Shown here one piece after another: positions 1-10,783 of a stretch of DNA of 15,615 nucleotides (its first letter is position 1; each line of letters starts with the position of its first letter). Source of the DNA: Octopus sinensis (taxonomy: Eukaryota); the NCBI RefSeq assembly GCF_006345805.1, contig NW_021825459.1, forward strand, positions 1 through 15,615, written 5' to 3'. Under the pieces are notes generated by a model. That model made no database searches, was not told where the DNA came from, and saw nothing but the letters and a program-made list of their open reading frames with translations. A program made the translations under genes and the position numbers.

Positions 1-958
1 GAGGGAAAAATAGAAATGAATAGGGAGGAGAACAAGGAAATAACATGAACAGGGAAGAGATATGAACAGAGAGGAAAATGAACAAATAGGAGAAATAAAC
101 AGAGAAGAAAGATAAACAGGGAAGCACATGGACAGGGAAAAGACACGAGCAGAGACGAGAAATGAACAGGGGAGAGACATGTACATGGGGGAGATATAAA
201 TGAATGGGGAGAAATAAACAGGGAGGAGACATGAACAATGCAGAGAAATGAACAAGGAGGAGACTTGAATAGGTAGGAGACACGAATATGTAGGAGACAT
301 GAATAGGGAGGAAACAAGAACAATGGGAAATCATGAGCAGGGAAGAGACGTAAATATGAAGGTGGCGTGAATAAGGAGGATATGTGAACAGAGGAGAGAC
401 ATGGGCTGAGAAGCAGGGAAATGAACAGAGAGGAGATATGAACAGGGAAATGCCATGAACAGGAAGGAGACATGAACAGAGGGCAATGCGGACACGGAGG
501 AGACATTAATAGGGAGAAGTGAACAGGGGTTTCCTAAATAGTAAGACACCGTGAACAGCGTGGAGCTATGAACAATGAGGAGACGTGAACAGATAGGATA
601 AATGAATAGAGAAGTGACTGAACAGGGAGGTATCATGAACAGGGTGGAGACATGAGCGATGAGGGGACATTATCAGGAAAGAGACTTGAACAGGATGTAG
701 ACATGAAAAGGGAAGATAATGAACAGGGAGGAGTCATGTACAAGGAAGAGACATGAACAGTTAGGAGACATAAACATAGAGGAGACAGTAACAGGGCGAA
801 ACATGAACAAGGAACAGACATGAGCAGGAAAGACACATGAAGAGTGAAGCTACTTGAACAGTGAGAAAATATGAACAGTGAGGAGACATGAACAGAGAAG
901 AGACATGAACAGGGAGGAGAGACGTGAACAGGGAGGAGTCGTTAACAATGACGAGACG
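1..958. repeat. Degenerate minisatellite, unit ~17-21 bp, consensus near GACATGAACAGGGAGGA
   Basis: The word (c/t)atgaacag recurs about every 20 bp from the window start to ~958, e.g. gacatgaacagagaaga-gacatgaacagggaggaga-gacgtgaacagggagga. The + strand is strongly A/G-rich. The array appears to continue left of the window. Confidence 0.9.
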
Positions 959-1167
959 TTAAAAGTTAATTATCGGCTGAGTTTAGAAAAAAGTAGACAC
1001 ACATAAGCGTGCGTGCACCCACACACGCACATATTCCCCCCCCCTCGTCCATCAATAGTATAGAAAGGAATGCTTTTATATTGCTTTTTAAACTAGAGAT
1101 GCTCTGTAAAATTTGAATATATTTGAATTTTTCTGATTTGCACAGTGCAAAAAAGCGAGACATTTGC

Positions 1168-1168
<1 letters not shown>

Positions 1169-1198
<30 letters not shown>

Positions 1199-1246
1199 TG
1201 TATGTATGTATGTATGTATGTATGTATGTATGTATGTATGTATGTA
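1169..1246. repeat. (TATG)n microsatellite
   Basis: Uninterrupted TATG run, read directly. Confidence 0.98.
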
Positions 1247-1519
1247 TAAATTAACATACACATATTTGTGTGTGCTTGTATATTTTTCTGTAAATATACA
1301 TGTACGTTTAATATAACTGAATATGTATATATAGCAATATATGAATATATGAATGAATGTAGTTTTGTATAGTTATATATATTTGCATACATGTATATTC
1401 GCATAAATATAAATATATATTCACACGCATATATATGCATATATATGTATATAAACATGCACACACACACGCACTCCCACACACTCATGTATATATTCAT
1501 TAATGCATATATGCATATA

Positions 1520-1567
1520 CACACATCTATGTATGTATGTGTACACATACACACACATATATATATG

Positions 1568-1599
<32 letters not shown>

Positions 1600-1652
1600 A
1601 TATATATAGTATATATATATAATACACATACATACATACATACACACACACG

Positions 1653-1686
<34 letters not shown>

Positions 1687-1803
1687 CGAAAAAGTGAGGG
1701 AGCGAAAGAGAGAGAGAGAGAGGGAGAGAGAGAGGGAGAGAGAGAGGGAGAGAGGGAGAGAGAGAGGGAGAGAGAGAGAGAGAGTGAGAGGGAGCGAGAG
1801 AGA
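1520..1803. repeat. Compound microsatellite: (TA)n/(CA)n/(TACA)n, then (AG)n/(GGGAGA)n
   Basis: TA/CA mixtures at ~1520-1686; AG and GGGAGA units at ~1704-1803. Confidence 0.95.
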
Positions 1804-1973
1804 ATATGTATGCACCGAGAAATCTTTTAAATTTGTATTCTACAACTCTAAGTCATATAATTTCAGTTTCGTGACATGACTAATGAAGAACCAAGCAGCA
1901 TAATGCTTTTCGTCACCATTTTGAATTTAGGCGTTATAATAGTAAACGTTCGCAATTTTACGTTTGCTCACAG

Positions 1974-2041
1974 GAGCGGCCAAAGTCAGGAGTGGCATCG
2001 AATATTTAGTCGAAGCCTACCACTGCAAGCAACAATTTAAA
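1974..2041 (+). CDS. Candidate internal coding exon of an unidentified host gene, (G)AAKVRSGIEYLVEAYHCKQQFK
   Basis: Acceptor tttacgtttgctcacAG, donor AAA|GTagga. 68 nt, phase 1 to phase 0, no stop in this frame, GC-richer than its flanks. Its phase matches the exon at 3810. No protein family recognised. Confidence 0.4.
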
Positions 2042-2659
2042 GTAGGAAACGTGCATTAACTTGTAGGATGGATAATAATTACGCCAGAGATTCTCATGCC
2101 GGTATTTCCGTGCAGTGAGAATAGAGTAGGAGTTTAAGTTCGTTGTTAGGTATTCATTGAATTACGAAAAGAGCTATGAGTAAGGTATGTTACTCAATTT
2201 GTGCAGATAACAAGTATAAAACAAAACAAACAAAAAAGCAAAGAAAAGAGAAGAGAAACTCAGAGGGATTGACGAAGTAACACACACACACGTATACACA
2301 CACGCATATACATACATATAGAAATGTATGACAAATATAAAACAGTGGCTCTTTATATGATTATATAGACCCAGTATGTTGCAACAGAGAGAACGATTGA
2401 GTCTATCATAGTATATTTCTGGTTTATCCATCTTTTTTTCATATCATTTATAATCTCTACAGGGGTGGTTATAAGACAAATGTAAGTTGCCATGGAGTTT
2501 TAAGGGGGCTTTATTTAATTCGAAATATAAGAAGAACAAGTCAAAATTCGCCAACTCGTCTTCATTTACGACTGATTCTGGTATCCTAGCATTTAGACTT
2601 TATTTCATGTTACTACATGTTCCTTCTTTTCCAACGATTTGTAATTTCTAATTGTGCTT

Positions 2660-2972
2660 TATATACATACATGCATGCATATATACATACATACATACAT
2701 ACATACATACATACATACATACATACATACATACATACATACATACATACGTACATACATACATACATACATACATACGTACGTACATACATACATACAT
2801 ACATACATTCGTACGTACATATATACATACATATATACATATATACATACATACACAGACATACATTCACATCTATTTATTTATCTATTTTAATGTTTCC
2901 TTTAGGCATGGGATATCAATATCTAGTTTCCTATGTACATATATAACTATACATACAAACAAATATATAGAC

Positions 2973-3049
<77 letters not shown>

Positions 3050-3220
3050 AATATATGTAATATATGTATATATGTATGTGTGCATATATATGCATACACT
3101 TACATTATACACATATACATATATATACATACATAGATATAACATAGATATATACATAGATTATATACATACATACATACATACATAACATACATACATA
3201 ATATATATATATATATATAT

Positions 3221-3253
<33 letters not shown>

Positions 3254-3385
3254 CACACACACTTACTTATGTATATACACATTCGTATACATATACGCTT
3301 ACATATATTTACATACATAATACAAATATACATAGATACACACACACACATATATATACACACACACTGGCATACACACACACTT
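2660..3385. repeat. Compound microsatellite block: (CATA)n, (TA)n, (CA)n
   Basis: (CATA)n with occasional CGTA variants at ~2663-2850, pure (TA)n at ~2975-3036, mixed units to ~3385. Confidence 0.95.
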
Positions 3386-3638
3386 ATATAAATACATAAG
3401 TTTGGACGGCCCTATTTGAATATCCTTGATTGTGTTTTGCTTTGAAAATTGTGTAATATAGAACTCATTGTGATATACATAGAAAATAATCCATCTTTGG
3501 AGCAATTTTTTGTTTACTTCTTTCATGAGCATAATCGTCATTAAATATTTGCCGCATAGAAGCAACGTTGTAACAGCTAAAAAAATTTGAAGCTTTTTAT
3601 GACGTTCGATTTTTGCCGTCTATCCTATAACATTACAT

Positions 3639-3689
3639 ATACATACATTACATACATACATACATACATGTATGCATGCATGCACATAC

Positions 3690-3749
<60 letters not shown>

Positions 3750-3765
3750 TATATAATATATATAT
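3639..3765. repeat. (CATA)n/(TA)n microsatellite
   Basis: Read directly. Confidence 0.95.
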
Positions 3766-3809
3766 GAATGTATGTATATCCTCCTCAAATATGCACTCCC
3801 TTTTTACAG

Positions 3810-3851
3810 GCAGGCTATCATTTGTTCGACCTAGAAAGTGCCTTACTGTGA
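3810..3851 (+). CDS. Candidate last coding exon of the + strand gene, [13 protein letters not shown]
   Basis: Strong acceptor ctccctttttacAG. Phase 0 reading gives 13 aa then TGA (3849-3851), in frame with exon 1974-2041. A donor-like GAG|GTAATG follows at 3853, so a different frame ([15 protein letters not shown]) as an internal exon is also possible. Confidence 0.4.
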   Translation, partial: AGYHLFDLESALL

Positions 3852-4615
3852 GGTAATGGAGTTAGTGCAAAACCGTTGGAATATATTTGCTATTTGAAAA
3901 TGAATCAAAAATTGGCCTAATTTGTTTTTTTTCTTGCCTTGTCCTAAATACTGATCGAGTTTGAAAATTATGATTGATCCAGCTTCGAAATGGAATCGAA
4001 ATTAAACACTATCGAATCGATAACATTTTTCTATTATTCGACTGGTGTACATATGATGGATGTGAGTGTATGTTGTCTTGTATGCAAGTCTTGTGTAGTG
4101 CTGGGTGTGCAGATTGTCTTGTATTCATGTCTTGTGAATGGTTATGTTTGTTAGTTAAGGAAATTTCATTGAAGAAAAAATAAACACTCCTGATTAGTCA
4201 GCCCGATAATTAAAGACATATGATTAATGAATTGATTTAATTTTGATATTAAAGGAATTTCTTTTAATACACGGTACGTAATATTTGATGCGAACCTCAA
4301 CAATTTAAAATTACTTAAAGATCTTTAATGTCTACAGAAATTTTCTTTATATATATTTCGGTTATAATTTGCATGCGACGAAAATTGCTTGTTTAAATTT
4401 TTTAGCTTTAACTTTTTGTTTGGTATCAAATTCCCGATACCAAAATTACCACATTATAAGCAATAAAATAGACAAAATTAAAAGCAGGCAGTTTAAAATA
4501 AAATTAAGAAAGAAATGAATATGCAATTCAAGGCAAGTGATTATTAATTAACAAGGAAAAATAAGTTATATAAATTGACTACCGAACATCTAACATTCAA
4601 AAAGGAACCAACTAC

Positions 4616-4729
4616 TTATCGCTGGAGACCAGTTTCCCAGGCATATTCATCCATATCCCTTAATGGCGTACTATGAACTGTTGCATATAGTTTAGCCGTG
4701 GCTTCGTAATTATTCAGTGTTTGTTTAAA
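4616..4729 (-). CDS. Last coding exon of a - strand host gene, FKQTLNNYEATAKLYATVHSTPLRDMDEYAWETGLQR*
   Basis: Acceptor ttactgattactaaAG at 4731-4730, 37 open codons with protein-like composition, TAA at 4618-4616. The phase 0 start matches the phase 0 end of exon 10730-10657. Confidence 0.6.
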   Translation of the reverse strand, partial: FKQTLNNYEATAKLYATVHSTPLRDMDEYAWETGLQR

Positions 4730-4967
4730 CTTTAGTAATCAGTAATTAATTCTATTGTTATGGATATTGAATAAAAGAAAATACTAATAAAAAAATTATC
4801 TGTCACTTATTCCATTTCCTTGGCTTATTTTATAATTCAAGAATCAGAAAAAAGTTTTGTTTGTTAATACAAGCTTTACAATATTCTATATTAAGGAATT
4901 TTGTGCTTATGTCAGTAACTAATGTTTTACATTAAATGTCATATAGTTTTGGCTGACATTTAATTTT

Positions 4968-5167
4968 GATTTCAAATTTCGGTACAAGGCATGCAATTTC
5001 AGGGGAGGGGGTAAATCAATTACATCGACCCCAGTGTTCAACTGGTACTTATTTTATCGATCCCAAAAGGATGAAAGACAAAGTCGAGTTCGGTGGAATT
5101 TGAACTCAGAACGTAAAGACACGTGATATGCCGCTAAGTTAAATAATTCAACCAGTTCGCCGCCAGA
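4968..5167 (-). mobile_element. tRNA-derived SINE (octopus-type, Meta/MESC-like core) with 15-bp TSD
   Basis: The - strand reads ggcggcgaactggttg..., B-box gagttcaaattcc (5107-5095), core gactttgtctttcatccttttgggatcgataaaataagtaccag. A perfect direct repeat ctgacatttaatttt sits at 4953-4967 and 5168-5182. The family name is from memory. Confidence 0.9.
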
Positions 5168-6164
5168 CTGACATTTAATTTTATAAATGAGGTTGTTTAG
5201 TTACAGATCAGCGTCGACCGAGTAGATCTATGATTAAAGCTGTCCTAACCACGACCATTTCATTCTTTTTGATGCCAGTGATAAAATTGTTTAGTGCATG
5301 ATCCTTTATTTAAGACTAAAGGTCGTGATTTGAAAGAGATTTGGCTGTTATTTTTAGCTTGTCAAACTAATATATAGACCTTTTCTCGTTAATGCGACAG
5401 AAATAATTGTCTACAGTTATGCCTGGAAAATATTCTTGATTGGTTAAGGAAGATTATGGTATAAGAAAAAAACCTTATGAAATTTGTAAAACAAGCAAAG
5501 AAAAAAAAATGGAACGGCAGAGGATAATAAAAAGTGCATATATAATATAATTCTTACTGCTCTGGAAATTATAATTCTTGAAATTTTTCTTTGTTTCCTG
5601 GATTTGGGAGTTCGGTCAATATTTTCTTCTACCTTACTGCTTCATAGCCTATTCTTATAATAACTCTTACTCTATTAAGAATCTGACGTAACTAGATTCG
5701 GTTGGCTACTTATTATTTATTTATTTATTATGAGTTTTCTTAATTTGAAACAGAAAAAAGAAAGAAGCAACTGTTGAACTTAATCGTTGAAGTATTTACA
5801 AAATCTTAACATGTCAAATATAGGGTATTTTTCAATTTAGATATTTGAAATATAAATTTTGTTTTATTAAAGAAAACGAAATGTAGTCTTATTAAAGATA
5901 TAGAAAAAAACTCATCTATCTACAACATAAATTATACCTAAAGGGTTTGTAAAGAAAGGCCACTATATTGTTACACGCCGTCAACAATTTGAATTTAGCG
6001 CCATTTGTATTCTCGTTGTCGTTAATATTTGTGGTGTCTTTGTTCTCTGCTTCTTCGTTTTAATTTATGAATTTCATTCGTTTTATCAATTATTTTTTTT
6101 CTATTCATGATTTTTGTTTCAGATTTCATCTTTATTTAATTTCATTCGAACTTTCTTTAGTTGC

Positions 6165-6378
6165 TTTTGTGCTGGCAGAATCGTTTGGAGCGTCGGATAA
6201 AATGCTTAAATGTTACTTCTTTGCCTCTTTACGCTCTGAGATCAAATCTCGCCGAAGTCATCTTTGCCTTTTCTCTTTTCGGAGTCAAATAAAATAAAGT
6301 ACCAGTCATGCACCAGGGTTGATGCAATCGACTATCTTTTCACCAACAAGTTTCAGGCCTTGTACCTATATTAGAAAT
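6165..6378 (+). mobile_element. tRNA-derived SINE, same family as 4968-5167, diverged
   Basis: gctggcagaatcgtt..., B-box-like gagatcaaatct, core tttgccttttctcttttcggagtcaaataaaataaagtaccag, 3' part ggccttgtacc. Collinear with the copy at 4968-5167. Confidence 0.85.
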
Positions 6379-6398
6379 AGATATCTATAAACTCCAAA

Positions 6399-6590
6399 AG
6401 GAGGCGAACTGGCAGAAGCGTTAGAGCGGTGGACAAGATGTCTTACGTTATTCTTATTCCTTACGTTTTGTGTTCAAAACCCACGGAGGCCAGCTTAGCC
6501 TTTCATCCTTTTAGAGGCCAATAAAATAAAGAACCAGCCAACTACTGGAATCAATGGAATCAACTAATACTCTCCTTTAAAAATTGCCAG
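6399..6590 (+). mobile_element. tRNA-derived SINE, second copy in tandem
   Basis: ggaggcgaactggcagaagcgttag..., B-box-like gtgttcaaaaccc, core cttagcctttcatccttttagaggccaataaaataaagaaccag. Confidence 0.85.
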
Positions 6591-6920
6591 TCTAGATTAT
6601 AATTACTTACTAAGTGGCAAATCTACGAAAAGTGAGTTTATTGCAACATTTGAAGAAACGAGAAGTCAAACAGCATAAAAGTTTAAAATCCCTTCTTAAA
6701 ATATAGAAGAGAAGAGAAGAGAGAGAAAGAGAGAGAGAGAAGGGAGGCGAAAGAGAGAGGCCGTATCTATATTATAATGATCTCGACAGATTTTTGTTAC
6801 GAACACTAAATGGAAGATGGACGGTGGAGAAGAAGTATGAAAAGCACCTTTAGTCTTCTGTACATTTTCTCTTTATAAATCAAAGAATATAAGGGTATGA
6901 AAAAAAATCAGCTGCTGAAA

Positions 6921-7057
6921 AACTTTGCTTCTAAACCACATGACCTCGGGTTCAATCCTATTGCATAGCACCTTGGGCAAATGTCTTCTACTATGGCCTC
7001 GAGCCGATCAAAGCCTTGTAAGTGGATTTGATAGACAGAAACTGAAAGAAGCCCGAC

Positions 7058-7101
<44 letters not shown>

Positions 7102-7334
7102 AAGTGTGTGTTTCTTCGTGTCTGGATTTGTTTCGCCCCCTCCCACCATTTCAAAACCAATGTTGGTGTATTTACGTTATCGCAACTTAGCGGTTTGGCA
7201 AAAGACACCGATAGAATAATTGCCAGGCCTAAAAGAATAAGTACTGGGATCGATTCGTTCGACTAAAATTCTTCAACCCGGTGCCCCTACATGGCCGCAG
7301 TCCAATGACTGAAAGAAGTAAAAGATAAAAGATA
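6921..7334 (+). mobile_element. Longer tRNA-derived SINE with internal (TA)n and (AAAAGAT)n tail
   Basis: B-box ggttcaatcc (6949-6958), body gcaccttgggcaaatgtcttctactatggcctcgagccgatcaaagccttg, internal (TA)n at 7059-7098, 3' stem-loop CAGTC-caat-GACTG (7298-7311), tail gtaaaagataaaagata. Matches my recollection of a very abundant octopus SINE. The A-box end is eroded. Confidence 0.8.
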
Positions 7335-7508
7335 CAAAACAAACGTTGTGTTTTCCCCCTGCCGTCTTCAGATCTGAAGATATATAACTATTTCTGTATC
7401 TGCATTCTTCACTTTGTCATTTTCGTGACCATTCTAATATATTTTTGTCTAATATATGTACTTTATTAATTTAAGGACATAATAAAGGACATAATAATGA
7501 CATTTAAT

Positions 7509-7567
7509 GGCGGTGCCCCAGCATGGCCACAGCTCATTAGCTGAAACTGGAAAAATCAAAAATCAAA
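7509..7567 (+). mobile_element. Isolated 3' terminus of a LINE/SINE (related to the 3' end of the SINE at 6921-7334)
   Basis: ggcggtgccccagcatggccacagctcattagctgaaac aligns with 7279-7314 and ends in (AAAAATC)2. Assignment to an RTE-type partner LINE is inference. Confidence 0.65.
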
Positions 7568-7633
<66 letters not shown>

Positions 7634-7675
7634 TATTATTATTATTATTATAATAATCATAATCATAATAATAAT
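7568..7675. repeat. (AAT)n microsatellite with an internal inverted (TTA)n block
   Basis: AAT run to 7632, TTA run at 7633-7650, then AAT/CAT again. Confidence 0.95.
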
Positions 7676-7903
7676 GTCATGTGCTGTTTATCTTGATATG
7701 AAATCACCATGTCTTCATATGAGATCACCAGCAAGGTCATGTGTTGTTTATCTTGATATGAGATCATCATGACGCGTAAATATGGTTGTGATGCATGTGC
7801 CTAGTGTACCCTTATCAGACGGGTAGTCATGATGAGTATACTGGGCATCGTATATTTTACCCCAGTGTTACTTTGATGGCATGCAGTGCTCTCTCACTCA
7901 ATG

Positions 7904-7939
<36 letters not shown>

Positions 7940-7956
7940 TGATAATAATAATAATA
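7676..7956 (+). mobile_element. 5'-truncated non-LTR element 3' end with (TAA)n tail, copy 1
   Basis: Unique body 7676-7899 ending ...gcagtgctctctcactc, then (TAA)n at 7900-7956. The same terminus recurs at 8004-8120. The 5' end has a 60-bp-period duplication (7676-7711 vs 7736-7771). Confidence 0.75.
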
Positions 7957-8120
7957 AAGCCCAATATACCCATCATGACTACCCGTCTGATAAGGGTACA
8001 CCAGGTTGTGATGCATGTGCCTGGTGTACCTTATCAGACGGGTAGTCATGATGGGTATATATTGGGCTTCGTATATTTTACCCCAGTGTCACTTTGATGA
8101 CATGCACTGCTCTCTCACTC

Positions 8121-8195
<75 letters not shown>

Positions 8196-8198
8196 TAA
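7957..8198 (+). mobile_element. Same element, copy 2, with an inverted (fold-back) 5' segment and (TAA)n tail
   Basis: 8004-8120 repeats 7784-7899. 7957-8005 is the reverse complement of 8020-8069. (AAT)n tail at 8121-8198. Confidence 0.8.
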
Positions 8199-8513
8199 TA
8201 GATAGGAAATTGAAGGTGTATCTTGGGTATTGGATTCGCAAACTCTTAATAAATGGTCGATAGATAACTTCTTTTGTCTGTGTTTTTGGATGATGAACAA
8301 AATAAGATGCATTCCTTCAAAACCTTGCTCCAAATATGTGGCCGATCAAAATGTATGTTTGCATGTATGTATGTGTAGATATTCTGGATATATAAACAGA
8401 CATTCAGGCATCTATATATATTCGTATAAACATACGCACTTATAGATAGATGAATAGATAGATAGATAGACAGATATGTATATATTCACACACATATATA
8501 CATGCTTAGATAC

Positions 8514-8885
8514 GACATGGCGAGATGACTCAGGATGGCAAACCCAGAAGACGACCAAAGCTGGGATTTAAATAAAACATCTAAGAACAGCATATGACCA
8601 AGTGCTATATCGCTGCAAAGACTTGGAAAAAGTTAGCCTTTTCCAAGTCTTTGCAGGAAGAAAACATCCTGGCCCTTGTAGCAAAACACCAAAGAAAGAA
8701 ATACAACACACTGAAGTCCTGCATCGCCTTCCTTGTTTGAAGATTTTGCAGCAGAACTTTTCATCAAACATACGAAAGATCAGTCATGACAGAAGCTGCA
8801 GTAAGAAGGCTACGAATACTTAAGACATTCTCTACTGCTTAGACTATCTGTGAAGACATACAGAGCCGAATAATATACTCACAAA
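8514..8885 (+). mobile_element. Decayed ORF fragment, possibly the N-terminal part of the R4-like element at 9352
   Basis: One frame reads DDSGWQTQKTTKAGIK*NI*EQHMTKCYIAAKTWKKLAFSKSLQEENILALVAKHQRKKYNTLKSCIAFLV*RFCSRTFHQTYERSVMTEAAVRRLRILKTF, with scattered stops. No diagnostic motif recognised. Confidence 0.35.
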
Positions 8886-9119
8886 TACTAATATGTTCAC
8901 AATACAAATACATACACATATATAGTGAGTAACAGGTTCCTCATATTATCTAAAATCTCGTGGACATGAAGTAAGTATCTGAAGTTTCACGTCCACGAAA
9001 TCTTCAGTAACACAAAGGAATAAGACAACTGCTTAATCAATAAATATAACTTCAAATGATTTCAGTGCTTCATCCGTTCGCTTGTTTACTCACTTGCAAT
9101 ACACAGACACACACACACG

Positions 9120-9351
<232 letters not shown>

Positions 9352-10170
9352 GCCCCAAACCGAAAGGATGAGTGAATATGAGCAGAAGACTATGCATGGG
9401 ATATGTTAGTAGAAAGCTCCGCGATGATAGTAACATCGATCATCAAAGCAGTCTATCATGGATCAACAACCGAATTACTACTTACCATTGTGAAGGTTAT
9501 GCGTTTCCAATCCAGGAACAAGAAATATCAACCAAATACCTGATGCACAAAAGGGACAGAGATGTAGGAAAAGTAGCAAAATGTGACAACCGATGCAGAC
9601 TTTGTAGAGTAAACACCTAAGACATCACCAACATCATAAGCGGTTCTCCGAAAATGTCATTACGCTATTATCTATCGATGAGACATGACGGTGTTGCTAG
9701 GATACTCTATAATGAAATCCGTCGGTAAGGATAACCCCGGGGGCAAAGAAGTAAGAACCCACAGAATGGTAGAAGCCATAGCCACTCATAATGAAAAGGA
9801 GTACTGGTGGAATGTCCTAGCGTAAACCTCAATAAAGTGTAAACGATATAGAGCTGATATAATAATTTGGGATAGAGAAGAGAAACTATATACAGTTGTG
9901 GAAATCAGCTGGCCAGCAGATGTTAACATGAAGCTGAAGAGAACACCTATGCTGAACTATTGAGAAATCTGCAGTTGCTATATCCAGATTACAAGTTCAG
10001 GTCTATAGTTGTAATTATTTGGGCACTAGGCTATGTAACTCACTGCCTAAATACCAATCTTGAGAAATTAGGCTTCTCAAAACCCAAAAGGAGAAAGGTG
10101 ATTTGAAGACTACAGATCCAAGCCATCACAGGAACTGTAAAAATCTGTAAAATTTTCCAGAAGTTTGTCA

Positions 10171-10173
<3 letters not shown>
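9352..10173 (+). mobile_element. Decayed R4/Dong-clade non-LTR retrotransposon, C-terminal region (post-RT linker, CCHC knuckle, RLE endonuclease)
   Basis: Translation through stops and frameshifts: EGYAFPIQEQEISTKY, CRLCRVNT*DITNIISGSPKM (degenerate CCHC), RHDGVARILY, ADIIIWDREEKLYTVVEISWPAD (PD-(D/E)xK-type), IIGALG, GTVKICKIFQKF. The ExxxxxIQEQ motif suggests the R4 clade. Confidence 0.9.
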
Positions 10174-10218
<45 letters not shown>

Positions 10219-10244
10219 AGAGAGAGAGAGAGAGAGAGAGAGAC

Positions 10245-10319
10245 GTTATGAGAGATAATGGTGTCAATAAGACCCAAAGGTGTCTGGTAATGCTGAGTAC
10301 ATGCTATGGACAGACCATA
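10245..10319. repeat. ~78-bp dispersed direct repeat, copy 1 (copy 2 at 10949-11027)
   Basis: gttatgagagataatggtgtcaataagacccaaagg...gctatggacagaccata aligns with 10949-11027. Each copy is preceded by a dinucleotide run. Confidence 0.85.
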
Positions 10320-10459
10320 GTTAGCTTCAGGTTCGGTGATTATGCGAATAAGGAGTCCAATGTAGGTCATATATCAGCATGTGTATATATATAAAAAATT
10401 TTCAGAAATGTTCTAAAATCTTTCACAGTCTTGATTTTAATTCATTCTGAAAATTTTAT

Positions 10460-10505
<46 letters not shown>

Positions 10506-10656
10506 ATATATATTATATATATATACATACATACATATACATACATATACATACATGCATGCTTAGATACATAAATATATACATACATAAATGTTGGAAC
10601 TCACTAGCTACTCAGTATTACAGGTAACTTCAACATTAATGGAAATTTAGACATAC

Positions 10657-10730
10657 TATACTTCCCATGCAAGGATGTGGTTTTGGCTTCAAATCTGTAT
10701 TGATGTCAAATGAAGTACGTATTGTGTCAT
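10657..10730 (-). CDS. Internal coding exon of the - strand host gene, (N)DTIRTSFDINTDLKPKPHPCMGSI
   Basis: Strong acceptor ttaattgtctcttctgctgcAG (10733-10731), donor ATA|GTATGT (10656). 74 nt, phase 1 to phase 0, joining exons 11822-11767 and 4729-4616 in frame. Confidence 0.65.
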
Positions 10731-10783
10731 CTGCAGCAGAAGAGACAATTAAATATCTTACTCAAGTTTGTGACCATCAAATC

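Noticed and set aside
331-836. ORFs 331-636 and 633-836 (-)
   Set aside because: They are the pyrimidine strand of the minisatellite, giving Ser/Leu/Pro/Cys low-complexity text with no domain.
1-958. Possible CRISPR-like array
   Set aside because: No unique spacers, degenerate contiguous units, eukaryotic context.
1093-3856. Many overlapping ORFs of type YIHT, MYVC, IYIY, ERER
   Set aside because: Stop-free readings of CATA, TA, CA and AG microsatellites. The same applies to ORFs at 9056-9409, 11424-11772, 12561-12841 and 14740-15208.
5935-6045. Open - strand frame (..NENTNGAKFKLLTACNNIVAFLYKPF) ending at a donor-like AG|GTATAA
   Set aside because: No pyrimidine-rich acceptor, and its phase 2 end does not fit the phase 0 last exon.
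6949-6958. B-box as evidence of a tRNA gene
   Set aside because: No cloverleaf; it belongs to a SINE head, as do the B-boxes at 5095-5107, ~6238 and ~6470.
7365-7380. 16-bp perfect palindrome tcttcagatctgaaga containing CTGAAGA
   Set aside because: No stem II or GAAA follows; a single short palindrome with no supporting context.
8959-9007. CTGAAGA...GAAAC on the - strand within overlapping hairpins
   Set aside because: Stem II does not close (U opposite U) and there is no NUH site with stems I and III; only two small alternative hairpins.
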